DNA of 64,000 bases from Anaeramoeba ignava BMAN. Taxonomy: Eukaryota > Protista > Anaeramoebae. The position numbers were made by a program, and so were the translations under genes. Under the pieces are notes generated by a model that did no database searches, was not told the origin of the DNA, and saw only the letters and a list, made by a program, of their open reading frames with translations. Below, one piece after another: positions 27,101 through 37,673 of this stretch. Each line of letters opens with the position of its first letter. Positions within the stretch are counted from its first letter, which is position 1. The stretch spans positions 484,099 to 548,098 of the forward strand of contig JAPDFW010000064.1 in the NCBI GenBank assembly GCA_028826165.1, read 5' to 3'.

Positions 27101-28242
27101 CAAAACGTCTCAACATAGAACCACCCGAACTGATTGGATTCGAGACACCAGCAGTGTCATCAGTGACTCAATTCAATTTTATTCATTTGTCATGTCATTT
27201 AAAAGCAGTGATTTCGGATTCCCAAGGCGAACATCCAAAAAATGAATGGGAAGGATCATATTTAAGAAACTCGCAAGTTTTATGCAACAATTTGTTCCCT
27301 GTTTATTATGACGTTTTACCCGAACACTCTTTTATGGAGGGATTTGAGACGTTCTGGGAAAATTACAATGAAAATTTAAGTGACCGAATACATTCTTCAG
27401 CAAGATTTTCGTTTCTTGTTCACGACCTGAAGTTTTTGCTTCTTAAATTCGCTCAAGAGGAAAAATTCAGTATTGATTCACACGGCGGATCTGCAGAAAC
27501 TAATATTGTTTTTATTCCGTTTTTATTACAAATGGGAGATTTTCTTTTGAATTTTAAAGACAATGAAAAACGTAAAGAAATGCAGAAGAAACTCGCTCTG
27601 TTTTTGGAAGCCAAAGAAGAAGAATGGATTGTCAAAACAATTCGCACTATTGATAATATTATGTTTTATTCTGTTGTTTCGTTGTTTTTATTGAGTTTGC
27701 AGGATTGGAATAAGAATCGCATGAAAATATTGAAGCAGTTGATTTTATATCGCAAAATAATTTATGATCAAAAGAAGGAAGTTGAAGAAGCAAAGAAGGC
27801 AAAGAAAACAAAAGCAAAATTGAATGAGAATTCAAATGAGAATCTAAATGAGAATCTAAATGAGAATACAAATGAGAATACAAATGAGAATACAAATGAG
27901 AATTCAAATGAGAATACAAATGAAAATTTAAAAATTTTGGAAACTGAATCTTTCCAGTATTTAAAACCAATATTGAGATACTTTGCTTTAATCAATCTTC
28001 TCCATTCCTCATTTAAAAAAGAATCTGGTGATTTGAATCAATTTCTTTTATTACTTAAAAAGGAACCTGAAACGGGTATTGAGCAAAGTCAAAAGATTTT
28101 AAAACAATTTCAAGAAGAAATTTTGGTTATTGAAGATTTTTTTGAATATTTTGAAGTTTTAGGAATAATGGATGATTTGGGAGAATCAAAGAAAATTGGA
28201 GAATGGATTGATGAAATTTTCAAAATTAAAAAAGAAATTTAA
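21069..28242 (+). CDS. UBR4: UBR4/BIG/p600-family E3/E4 ubiquitin ligase, shortened (~2330 aa); introns 21955-22042 and 23290-23378; probable extra A at 26363-26366
   Basis: HPNSHIY...EEEPCFICNNP; CPRC...GVCSQCSDNAYQCRQCRNINYENLDGFLCNECG; QEEFIRGSMTHNPY...GPLMRDVKNRIC; PMIVVYRLQGLDGEATE; hemiRING CGICQEG...FNFIHLSCH...EWEGSYLRN...CNNLFP. Both introns restore frame. Confidence 0.92.
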
Positions 28243-28416
28243 AATTAAAAATTTTCTTTGGAAGGAATTTATTAAAAATTTGGTATTTCTGGTTTTAAAA
28301 AGGAAATGAAACAATTCTTTTGAAAGAATTGATAAAAATCAGATAATTTTTTTTAAAGAAAAAAACTATTAAAAAAACTAAAACAAAAAAAACTTTCTTT
28401 CTTTATTTGAAAAAAT

Positions 28417-29689
28417 CTAACTCCAAATAGCAACAATTGCCATAACAGTAGCACCAACTAAATAAGTAATCAATTTTTTGAAATGGTTTTCCGAATTAAA
28501 AACTGTTCTAATTTCCATCATTCCAATATATAAAAAAGTACCACTTGACAAAGCAATAAAAATAGAGCCTGTTTCTCCATTGTTAAAAGAATCGATAAGA
28601 ATACCAATAACAACGCCAGTTGGAGTAGTCAAAGAAAAAAGAGCAACGTTTATAGCAATAGAAATTGTTTTTGAGTATCCCTTGACTAGTTCAACTCCGA
28701 GAGCAAAAGAAGCGAACATTTTGTGAGAAATTATCGCAATAAAAACAGCTGCTCCTTCGCTTGAAGTTGTGGAAACGCCGAGCGCAATTCCAGCGAGAAC
28801 GGCATGAATACTCAACGCGAAAAATAGGATAATCGCAAGCACTTTAAGATCTGTTGATCCTTCTTTGCCGTGAAAAGGCATAATTGCGTGTGAATGACCG
28901 TGTGAATGCGAATGTGAATGTGAATGTGAATGTGAATTTATATGAGAATTTAAATGAGAATTTAAATGCGAATCAATATGTGAATGTAGATCATTATTTT
29001 TTTGGAAATCTGATGTGACATGAACCAAATTGTTTTGGAAATTTTCATTTGAAGTTGAATTGGTGTTTTTTTCGAGATCATCTTCATCTTCTTTTTGATC
29101 TTTTTTTTCTTTTATTATTTTTTGGATATTTTCTGATGAATTTGAATTTGAATTTGATTTTGAATTGGAAATTGAATTTGAATTTGAGTTTGAATTTGAT
29201 TTTTGAATTTGAATCCTTCTCAGATTCCATATAAACTTTATTTTTAGTCTTGATTTTTGTCTCTTCGTTTGGAATTTCAATATCGTTTTGTTTCAATTCA
29301 TTTGGGACTGAATCAGCACTTTTATTTTCAAAAACCTTCTGGAAATCTAAATCATCGAAATTAAAAGGTGTTGGAAGATCCTGCATTTTTTCTTTTTGTT
29401 TTTTTGTTAAAACAGGAACAATCAACTCTTCAATTATCAAAATTAAAGTGAATCCAATTAGAGAATATAAATAAGCATAAGGATAATTGTCTGGAAACCC
29501 ATCAGTTGAATCTGCTAATAAGTGTAATAATCCTGCACACAAAAATACTCCTGCTGCTAATGCTTGTCCATATACTAAAATGTGATGATATGATTTGCGA
29601 AGTTTTATTGGAAGTAATCCTGCTATTAATCCAGCAAAGAAAATTACAAAAACACTTGCAATTTTTAATTTACTTGCATGTACAGACAT
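28417..29689 (-). CDS. ZIP (SLC39/Zrt-Irt) zinc/iron transporter; probable extra A at ~29200
   Basis: AAGVFLCAGLLHLL, His-rich loop HSHSHSHGHSH, ALSIHAVLAGIALG, AIISHKMFASFALG, ALSSGTFLYI. Confidence 0.93.
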
Positions 29690-29989
29690 TTTTATTACTA
29701 TTATAATTATTATTATTATTAAAAAAAAAAATGAAAATTTGGGATTTTTGAATTTTTTCTTTTATTTTCAGTTTTTTTTTTCTTTTTTTTGTTTTATTTT
29801 AAGGGGTCTTTTTTTAATAATAATAATAATTCTTCTTTTTTTTTCCTCTTTTTCTTTTTTTTTTCCTTTTTTTTTTTTGGATTTGCTCTTTCAATTTTCT
29901 TTTGAACTTTTTAATCCACTTCATCCAAAATTTTTCCACGTTATCTTCCCAATAAAAAAAAAATTTTTTTCACAACTGATTATTAATTA

Positions 29990-30850
29990 ATTAATTTTAT
30001 TTTAACAAAAATTAAAACAAGATTTAATTTAAATCTTTTATTAAAATTTTTCAAATAATCAAATTAATCTTTAAAATAAATTTAATAAAAATTAAAACAA
30101 GATTTAATCCAAATAAAAAATCAAGATTTAATTTAAATCTTTTTTGATCAATTTAATTTAAATCTTTTATTAAAATTTTTCAAATAATTAATTTAATTTT
30201 TAAAATAAATTTAACAAAAATTAAAACAAGATTTAATCCAAATAAAAAATTAAAATTTAATCAAATCTTTTTTGATCAATTTAATTGAAATCTTTTATTA
30301 AAATTTTTCAAATAATCAATTTAATCTTTATTAAAATAAACTTAATAAAAATTAAAACAAGATTTAATCCAAATAAAAAATCAAAATTTAATTGAAATCT
30401 TTTTTGATCAATTTAATTTAAATCTTTTATTAAAATTTTTTCAAATAATCAATTTAATCTTTATTAAAATAAATTTAATAAAAATTAAAACAAGATTTAA
30501 TCCAAATAAAAAATCAAAATTTAATTGAAATCTTTTTTGATCAATTTAATTGAAATCTTTTATTAAAATTTTTTCAAATAATTAATTTAATCTTTATTAA
30601 AATAAACTTAATAAAAATTAAAACAAGATTTAATCCAAATAAAAAATTAAGATTTAATTAAAATCTTTTTTGATCGATTTAATTGAAATCTTTTATTAAA
30701 ATTTTTCAAATAATTAATTTAATCTTTATTAAAATAAATTTAACAAAAATTAAAACAAGATTTAATCCAAATAAAAAATCAAAATTTAATCAAATCTTTT
30801 TTGATCAATTTAATTGAAATCTTTTATTAAAATTTTTCAAATAATTAATT
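29990..30850. repeat. ~131-bp minisatellite, ~6.5 copies, containing AAGATTTAA...AAATCTT inverted motifs and TGATCA
   Basis: AAAACAAGATTTAATCCAAAT recurs at ~30095, 30224, 30355, 30487, 30620 and 30753. Confidence 0.93.
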
Positions 30851-32090
30851 TATTTACATAATTTTAAAATAATTTATTAATAAATTCATTATTAATTATT
30901 ATTAATTTTTTAATTATTTTATTATTAAAATATTTTAATTAATTTATATTAATAAATAAATATATTTTGAATTAATAATTAATTATAAATTAATTTATTT
31001 ACATAATTTTAAAATAAATTATTAATAAATTTATTATTATTTATTATTAATTTTTTAATTATTTTGTTATTAAAATATTTTAATTAATTTATATTAATAA
31101 CTAAATATATTTTGAATTAATAATTAATTATGAATTAATTTATTTAGATAATTTTGAAATAAATTATTAATAAATTTATTATTATTTATTATTATTATTT
31201 TGATTATTTTATTATTAAAATATTTTAATTAATTTATATTAATAAATAAATATATTTTGAATTAATAATTAATTATGAATTAATTTATTTACATAATTTT
31301 AAAATAATTTATTAATAAATTTATTATTAATTATTATTAATATTTTGATTTTTTTATTATTTATTATTAAAAATATTTTAATTAATTTATATTAATAAAT
31401 AAATATATTTTGAATTAATAATTAATTATGAATTAATTTATTTAGATAATTTTGAAATAATTTATTAATAAATTTATTATTATTTATTATTAATTTTTTG
31501 ATTATTTTATTATTAAAATATTTTAATTAATTTATTTTAATAAATAAATATATTTTGAATTAATAATTAATTATGAATTAATTTATTTAGATAATTTTAA
31601 AATAATTTATTAATAAATTTATTATTATTTATTATTATTATTTTTGATTATTTTATTATTAAAATATTTTTAATTAATTTATATTAATAAATAAATATAT
31701 TTTGAATTAATAATTAATTATGAATTAATTTATTTACATAATTTTAAAATAAATTATAAATAAATTTATTATTATTTATTATTAATTTTTAATTATTTTA
31801 TTATTAAAATATTTTAATTAATTTATATTAATAACTAAATATATTTTGAATTAATAATTAATTATGAATTAATTTATTTAGATAATTTTGAAATAAATTA
31901 TTAATAAATTTATTATTATTTATTATTAATATTTTAATTATTTTATTATTAAAATAATTTAATTAATTTATTTTAATAAATAAATATATTTTGAATTAAT
32001 AATTAATTATGAATTAATTTATTTAGATAATTTTAAAATAAATTATTAATAAATTTATTATTAATTATGAATTAATTTATTTAGATATTT
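30841..32090. repeat. ~145-bp AT-rich minisatellite, block 1 (~9 copies)
   Basis: TATTTA(C/G)ATAATTTT recurs about every 145 bp. Confidence 0.93.
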
Positions 32091-32173
32091 TTATAAAAAA
32101 TAAAATGATGTAAGTTTATAAAAATAATTTTTTTTTGGAATTTTTTTTTCATTTTTCTCTTTTACAAAACAAA

Positions 32174-33040
32174 ATGAAATTATTTGTTTTAATTTTGCTT
32201 TTAGCAACAGCATTTACTGGATTAGTTGAACAAATCAACAACGCAAATGTAGGATGGACAGCAACAGAATATCCACAATTTGTTGGAAAAAGTGTTGAAG
32301 AATTAAGATCATTATTTGGGACAACACGTGGACCACACAATTATCCAATCAAGAGACACGAACTACAAGATTTACCAACAAATTTTGATCCAAGAACACA
32401 ATGGCCAGGTTGTATTCATCCAATTTTAGATCAAGGACAATGTGGATCATGTTGGGCATTTGGAGCATCTGAAGCATTAAGTGATAGATTTTGCATTCAA
32501 GAAAAAGTAAATGTTGTTTTATCACCACAAGATCTTGTAAGTTGTGATACTGAGGATAGCGGATGCGATGGAGGATGGCCCGAAATGGCATGGGAATTTA
32601 TGGAAGAAAATGGACTTGTTACTGCTTCTTGTTTCCCTTATAGTTCTGGTGGTGGAAATGCTCCGGATTGCATCTCAAAATGTAAAGATGGATCATCTTG
32701 GACTACTTATCATGCAAAAGACACACAGGGATTCGAAACAATCGAAGATATCATGACTGAACTTTATACTAACGGTCCTTGTGAAGCTGCTTTTGATGTT
32801 TATCAAGATTTCATCAACTATGAATCTGGTGTTTATAAATATGTCAACGGCTCTTTCCTTGGTGGTCATGCTATTAAAATGCTTGGTTGGGGTGTTGAGA
32901 ATGGTGAGGATTATTGGCTTTGTGCTAATTCTTGGGGTACTTCTTGGGGAATGAAAGGTTTCTTTAAAATTCTCAAAGGTGTTGATGAATGTGGAATTGA
33001 AGATGATGTTGTTGCTGGAATGGCTGCTCAAATTGATTAA
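32174..33040 (+). CDS. CTSB: Cathepsin B-like cysteine protease, copy 1
   Basis: Signal peptide, DQGQCGSCWAF, GCDGG, GGHAIKMLGWG, ANSWG; no His-His occluding loop. Confidence 0.95.
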   Translation: MKLFVLILLLATAFTGLVEQINNANVGWTATEYPQFVGKSVEELRSLFGTTRGPHNYPIKRHELQDLPTNFDPRTQWPGCIHPILDQGQCGSCWAFGASEALSDRFCIQEKVNVVLSPQDLVSCDTEDSGCDGGWPEMAWEFMEENGLVTASCFPYSSGGGNAPDCISKCKDGSSWTTYHAKDTQGFETIEDIMTELYTNGPCEAAFDVYQDFINYESGVYKYVNGSFLGGHAIKMLGWGVENGEDYWLCANSWGTSWGMKGFFKILKGVDECGIEDDVVAGMAAQID

Positions 33041-33149
33041 TTTTTTCCAAATTTTATCTTCTTAATTTTCCTTTTCTTTTTTCTTTCAAAATCAAAATCA
33101 AATAAAGATTTTTGGAATACAAAACATTTCCAAAAAAAGATCCAAGAAT

Positions 33150-34445
33150 TTATTATTAATATTTTTTTATTTTATTATTAAAATATTTTAATTAATTTAT
33201 TTAAATAACTAAATATATTTTAAATTAATAATTAATTATGAATTAATTTATTTACATAATTTTAAAATAAATTATTAATAAATTTATTATTATTTATTAT
33301 TAATTTTTAGATATTTTATTATTAAAATATTTTAATTAATTTATATTAATAAATAAATATGTTTTAAATTAATAATTAATTATGAATTAATTTATTTACA
33401 TAATTTTAAAATAATTTATAAATAAATTTATTATTATTTATTATTAATTTTTGATTATTTTATTATTAAAATATTTTAATTAATTTTATTTTAATAAATA
33501 AATATATTTTAAATTAATAATTAATTATGAATTAATTTATTTAGATAATTTTAAAATAATTTATTAATAAATTTATTATTATTTATTATTAATTTTTGAT
33601 TATTTTATTATTAAAATATTTTAATTAATTTATATTAAAAAATAAATATATTTTTAAATTAATAATTAATTATAAATTAATTTATTTACATAATTTTAAA
33701 ATAAATTATTAATAAATTTATTATTATTTTATTATTAATATTTTTTAATTATTTTGTTATTAAAATATTTTAATTAATTTATTTTAATAAATAAATATAT
33801 TTTAAATTAATAATTAATTATAAATTAATTTATTTACATAATTTTAAAATAATTTATTAATAAATTTATTATTATTTATTATTAATTTTTAATTATTTTT
33901 ATTATTAAAATATTTTTAATTAATTTATATTAATAAATAAATATATTTTGAATTAATAATTAATTATAAATTAATTTATTTACATAATTTTAAAATAAAT
34001 TATTAATAAATTTATTATTATTTATTATTAATATTTTGATTATTTTATTATTAAAATATTTTAATTTATTTTAATAAATAAAAATATTTTTTAATAATTA
34101 ATTATGAATTAATTTATTTACATAATTTTAAAATAAATCATTAATAAATTTATTATTATTTATTATTAATTTTTAATTATTTTTTATTAAAATATTTTAA
34201 TTAATTTTTTAATAAATAAATATATTTTGAATTAATTATTAATTATGAATTAATTTATTTACATAATTTTGAAATAATTTATTAATAAATTTATTATTAT
34301 TTATTATTAATATTTTGATTATTTTGTTATTAAAATATTTTAATTAATTTATATTAAAAAATAAATATATTTTAAATTAATAATTAATTATAAATTAATT
34401 TATTTACATAATTTTAAAATAAATTATTAATAAATTTATTATTAT
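33150..34445. repeat. ~145-bp minisatellite, block 2 (~9 copies)
   Basis: Same unit as block 1. Confidence 0.93.
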
Positions 34446-34485
34446 TTTGTTTATTTTTTTTTTCATTTTTTTTCACCTAATCAAA

Positions 34486-35352
34486 ATGAAATTATTTGTT
34501 TTAATTTTACTTTTAGCAACAGCATTTACTGGATTAGTTGAACAAATCAACAACGCAAACGTAGGATGGACAGCAAAAGAATATCCACAATTTGTTGGAA
34601 AAAGTGTTGAAGAATTAAGATCATTATTTGGAAAAATACACGGATCACACAATTATCCAATCAAGAGACACGAACCACAAGATTTACCAACAAATTTCGA
34701 TCCAAGAACACAATGGCCAGGTTGTATTCATGCTATTCGCGATCAAGGAAAATGTGGATCATGTTGGGCATTTGGATCAACTGAAGCATTAAGTGATAGA
34801 TTTTGCATTCAAAAAAAAGTAAACGTTATTTTATCACCACAAGAACTTGTAAGTTGCGATACTAACGAAAACGGATGCGATGGAGGATTTCTCGAAATGG
34901 TATGGAAATTTTTGGAAGAAAATGGAGTTGTTACTGATTCTTGTTTCCCTTATAGTTCTAGTGGTGGAATTGCTCCTAATTGCACCTCAAAATGCAAAGA
35001 TGGATCATCTTGGACTACTTATCATGCAGAAAACACACAGGGATTCAAAACAATCGAAGATATCATGACTGAACTTTATACTAACGGTCCTTGTGAAGCT
35101 GCTTTTGAAGTTTATCAAGATTTTCTCAACTATGAATCCGGTGTTTATAAATATGTCAATGGTACTCTTCTTGGTGGTCATGCTATTAAAATGCTTGGTT
35201 GGGGTGTTGAGAATGGTGAGGATTATTGGCTTTGTGCTAATTCTTGGGGTACTTCTTGGGGAATGAAAGGTTTCTTTAAAATTCTTAAAGGTGTTGATGA
35301 ATGCCGTATTGAAGATTATGTTATTGCTGGAATGGCTGGTAAAATTGATTAA
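34486..35352 (+). CDS. CTSB: Cathepsin B-like cysteine protease, copy 2 (tandem paralogue)
   Basis: DQGKCGSCWAF, GGHAIKMLGWG; near-identical to copy 1, including the 3' UTR. Confidence 0.95.
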   Translation: MKLFVLILLLATAFTGLVEQINNANVGWTAKEYPQFVGKSVEELRSLFGKIHGSHNYPIKRHEPQDLPTNFDPRTQWPGCIHAIRDQGKCGSCWAFGSTEALSDRFCIQKKVNVILSPQELVSCDTNENGCDGGFLEMVWKFLEENGVVTDSCFPYSSSGGIAPNCTSKCKDGSSWTTYHAENTQGFKTIEDIMTELYTNGPCEAAFEVYQDFLNYESGVYKYVNGTLLGGHAIKMLGWGVENGEDYWLCANSWGTSWGMKGFFKILKGVDECRIEDYVIAGMAGKID

Positions 35353-35509
35353 TTTTTTCCAAATTTTATCTTAAACTCCCCTTTTACTTTTCCTTTTCTT
35401 TTTTCTTTCAAAATCAAAATCAAATAAAGATTTTTGGAATACAAAACATTTCCAAAAAAAGATCCAAACAAAACAAAACAAACTTTTTTTTCTTTTTCTT
35501 AACTTAATC

Positions 35510-36105
35510 TATTTACATAACTAAATATATTTTAAATTAATAATTAATTATGAATTAATTTATTTAGATAATTTTAAAATAATTTATTAATAAATTTATT
35601 ATTATTTATTATTAATTTTTTAATTATTTTATTATTAAAATATTTTAATTAATTTATATTTTAATAAATAAATATATTTTGAATTAATAATTAATTATGA
35701 ATTAATTTATTTACATAATTTTAAAATAAATTATTAATAAATTTATTATTATTTATTATTAATTTTTTGATTATTTTATTATTAAAATATTTTTTAATTA
35801 ATTTATATTAATAAATAAATATGTTTTGAATAAATTAATATTTTGATTAATTTATTTATTTTAATTAATAATTTTAAAAATAAATTTTATTAATTAATTT
35901 TATTATTATTTATTAATAATTTATTTTGATTATTTTATTATTAAAATATTTTAATTAATTTATATTAATAAATAAATATATTTTGAATTAATAATTAATT
36001 ATGAATTAATTTATTTACATAATTTTAAAATAATTTATTAATAAATTTATTATTATTTATTATTAATTTTTATTATTTTGTTATTAAAATATTTTAATTA
36101 ATTTA
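35510..36105. repeat. ~145-bp minisatellite, block 3 (~4 copies)
   Basis: Same unit as blocks 1 and 2. Confidence 0.9.
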
Positions 36106-36236
36106 TTTTTCTCCTTTTTTTTTTAATTTATTTTTTCTCCTTTTAAATAAAAAAAAAACAAAAAAAAATTTTTTTTCTTTTAATTTTTAATTTTCATTTT
36201 TTTTTCTCTTCTTTTAAAAAATTAATAAAAGAAAAA

Positions 36237-37147
36237 ATGTCAGCACCAATTAGAAAAAAAAGAGTTTTCAAAAAATACACATACAGAGGAGTTGAATTAT
36301 CAGACCTTCAACAAATGGATTTAAAACAATTAACAGAACTTATTCATGCAAGAGCCAGAAGAAAATTATCAAGAGGATTATCAAGAAAGCACATGTCATT
36401 TTTAGCAAGATGTGAAAAAGTTGTAAGTATTTTATTAATTTAATTTAATTTAATTTATAATTTATAATTTAATTTATAATTTAATTTAATTTAATTTATA
36501 ATTTAATTTATAATATAATTTAATTTAATATAATTTATAATTTAATTTATAATATAATTTATAGTTTAATTTTATTTAATTTATAATTTAATTTAATTTA
36601 TAATATAATTTATAATTTAATTTAGTTTTATTTAATTTAGTTTATAATTTAATTTATAATTTATAATTTAATTTATTTAATTTAATTTAATTTATAATAT
36701 AATTTAATTTATAATTTAATTTATAATATAATTTAATTTATAATTTAATTTATAATATAATTTAATTTATAATTTTATTTATAATTTAATTTATAATTTT
36801 ATTTAATTTAATATATAATTTAATTTTATTTAATTTATAATTTAAAATTAAATGACGTCATTTATTTTTAATATAAATTTCCTGTTTCAAAATAAAAGAA
36901 ACAAGGATTACAAGTTGGAGAAAAACCAAAAGCAGTTAAAACTCATTTAAGAAACATGATAATCTTACCACAAATGGTTGGAAATATTGTAGGAGTTTAT
37001 AACGGAAAAGAATTTATTAGTGTTGATATTAAAGCAGATATGATTGGTCATTATTTAGGAGAATTCTCAATTACATATAAAAAAGTTACTCACGGAAAAG
37101 CAGGTATTGGTGCCACAAGAAGTTCTCGTTTTATTCCTTTGAAATAA
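36237..37147 (+). CDS. RPS15: 40S ribosomal protein S15 (uS19); exons 36237-36422 and 36899-37147
   Basis: [13 protein letters not shown]...; [15 protein letters not shown]...[14 protein letters not shown]...SSRFIPLK. Phase-0 intron GTAAGT...AAG. Confidence 0.97.
36435..36845 (+). repeat. Degenerate TTATAATTTAAT-type satellite filling the RPS15 intron
   Basis: Directly visible. Confidence 0.9.
36849..36864. promoter_or_regulatory. 16-bp perfect palindrome TAAATGACGTCATTTA (CRE/bZIP consensus core) in the RPS15 intron
   Basis: The only CpG in the intron; a near copy lies upstream of ARC1. Confidence 0.4.
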
Positions 37148-37421
37148 TTTTGTTCCTCTTTTTTAATTCTCTTCATATTCACTTTCTATTTTTTTTTCTC
37201 TTCTCAAAAAAAAACAATTTCCGTTTTTTTTTTTGCTTTCTTTTCTTTTTTTTTTAATCAATTTCCTTTTTTTTTAATTTCAATTCCAAAAAAAAAAAAA
37301 GATTTTATCCAAAACAAAATTTCAAAATAGAATAAAAAGGTTTCAAATGAAAAAAAAGTTTTTTTTTCAATTTTTTTTTTTTCATTTTTTTATTTTAAAA
37401 TAATTAAATTTTTTTTTTTTA

Positions 37422-37605
37422 AAGTGAAATATGATGAAAAACTCCATTCTCGGATCAAGAAATTTATTTAGTTTTTAAATAAATTTTATGAAATGAAAGA
37501 ATGGGAAATGAATTTCTTTAAATGGTTGATTTGATTTTAATTAATTTATTTATTTAAATTCAATTTAATTTAATTAAATTCATTCCATTTAATTCTGATT
37601 CACTT
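37422..37605 (+). ncRNA. Candidate long box C/D sno/scaRNA (~184 nt), target unknown
   Basis: Box C ATGATGA at 37431-37437, box D CTGA at 37595-37598, 7-bp terminal stem AAGTGAA/TTCACTT with K-turn spacing, internal hairpins, and an upstream TCATTTT motif. Confidence 0.7.
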
Positions 37606-37673
37606 CAATTTCTAAATAAAAACAAAAACAAAAAAAAACAAAAAAAATTTTTTTTTAATTTTTAAATTTGATT

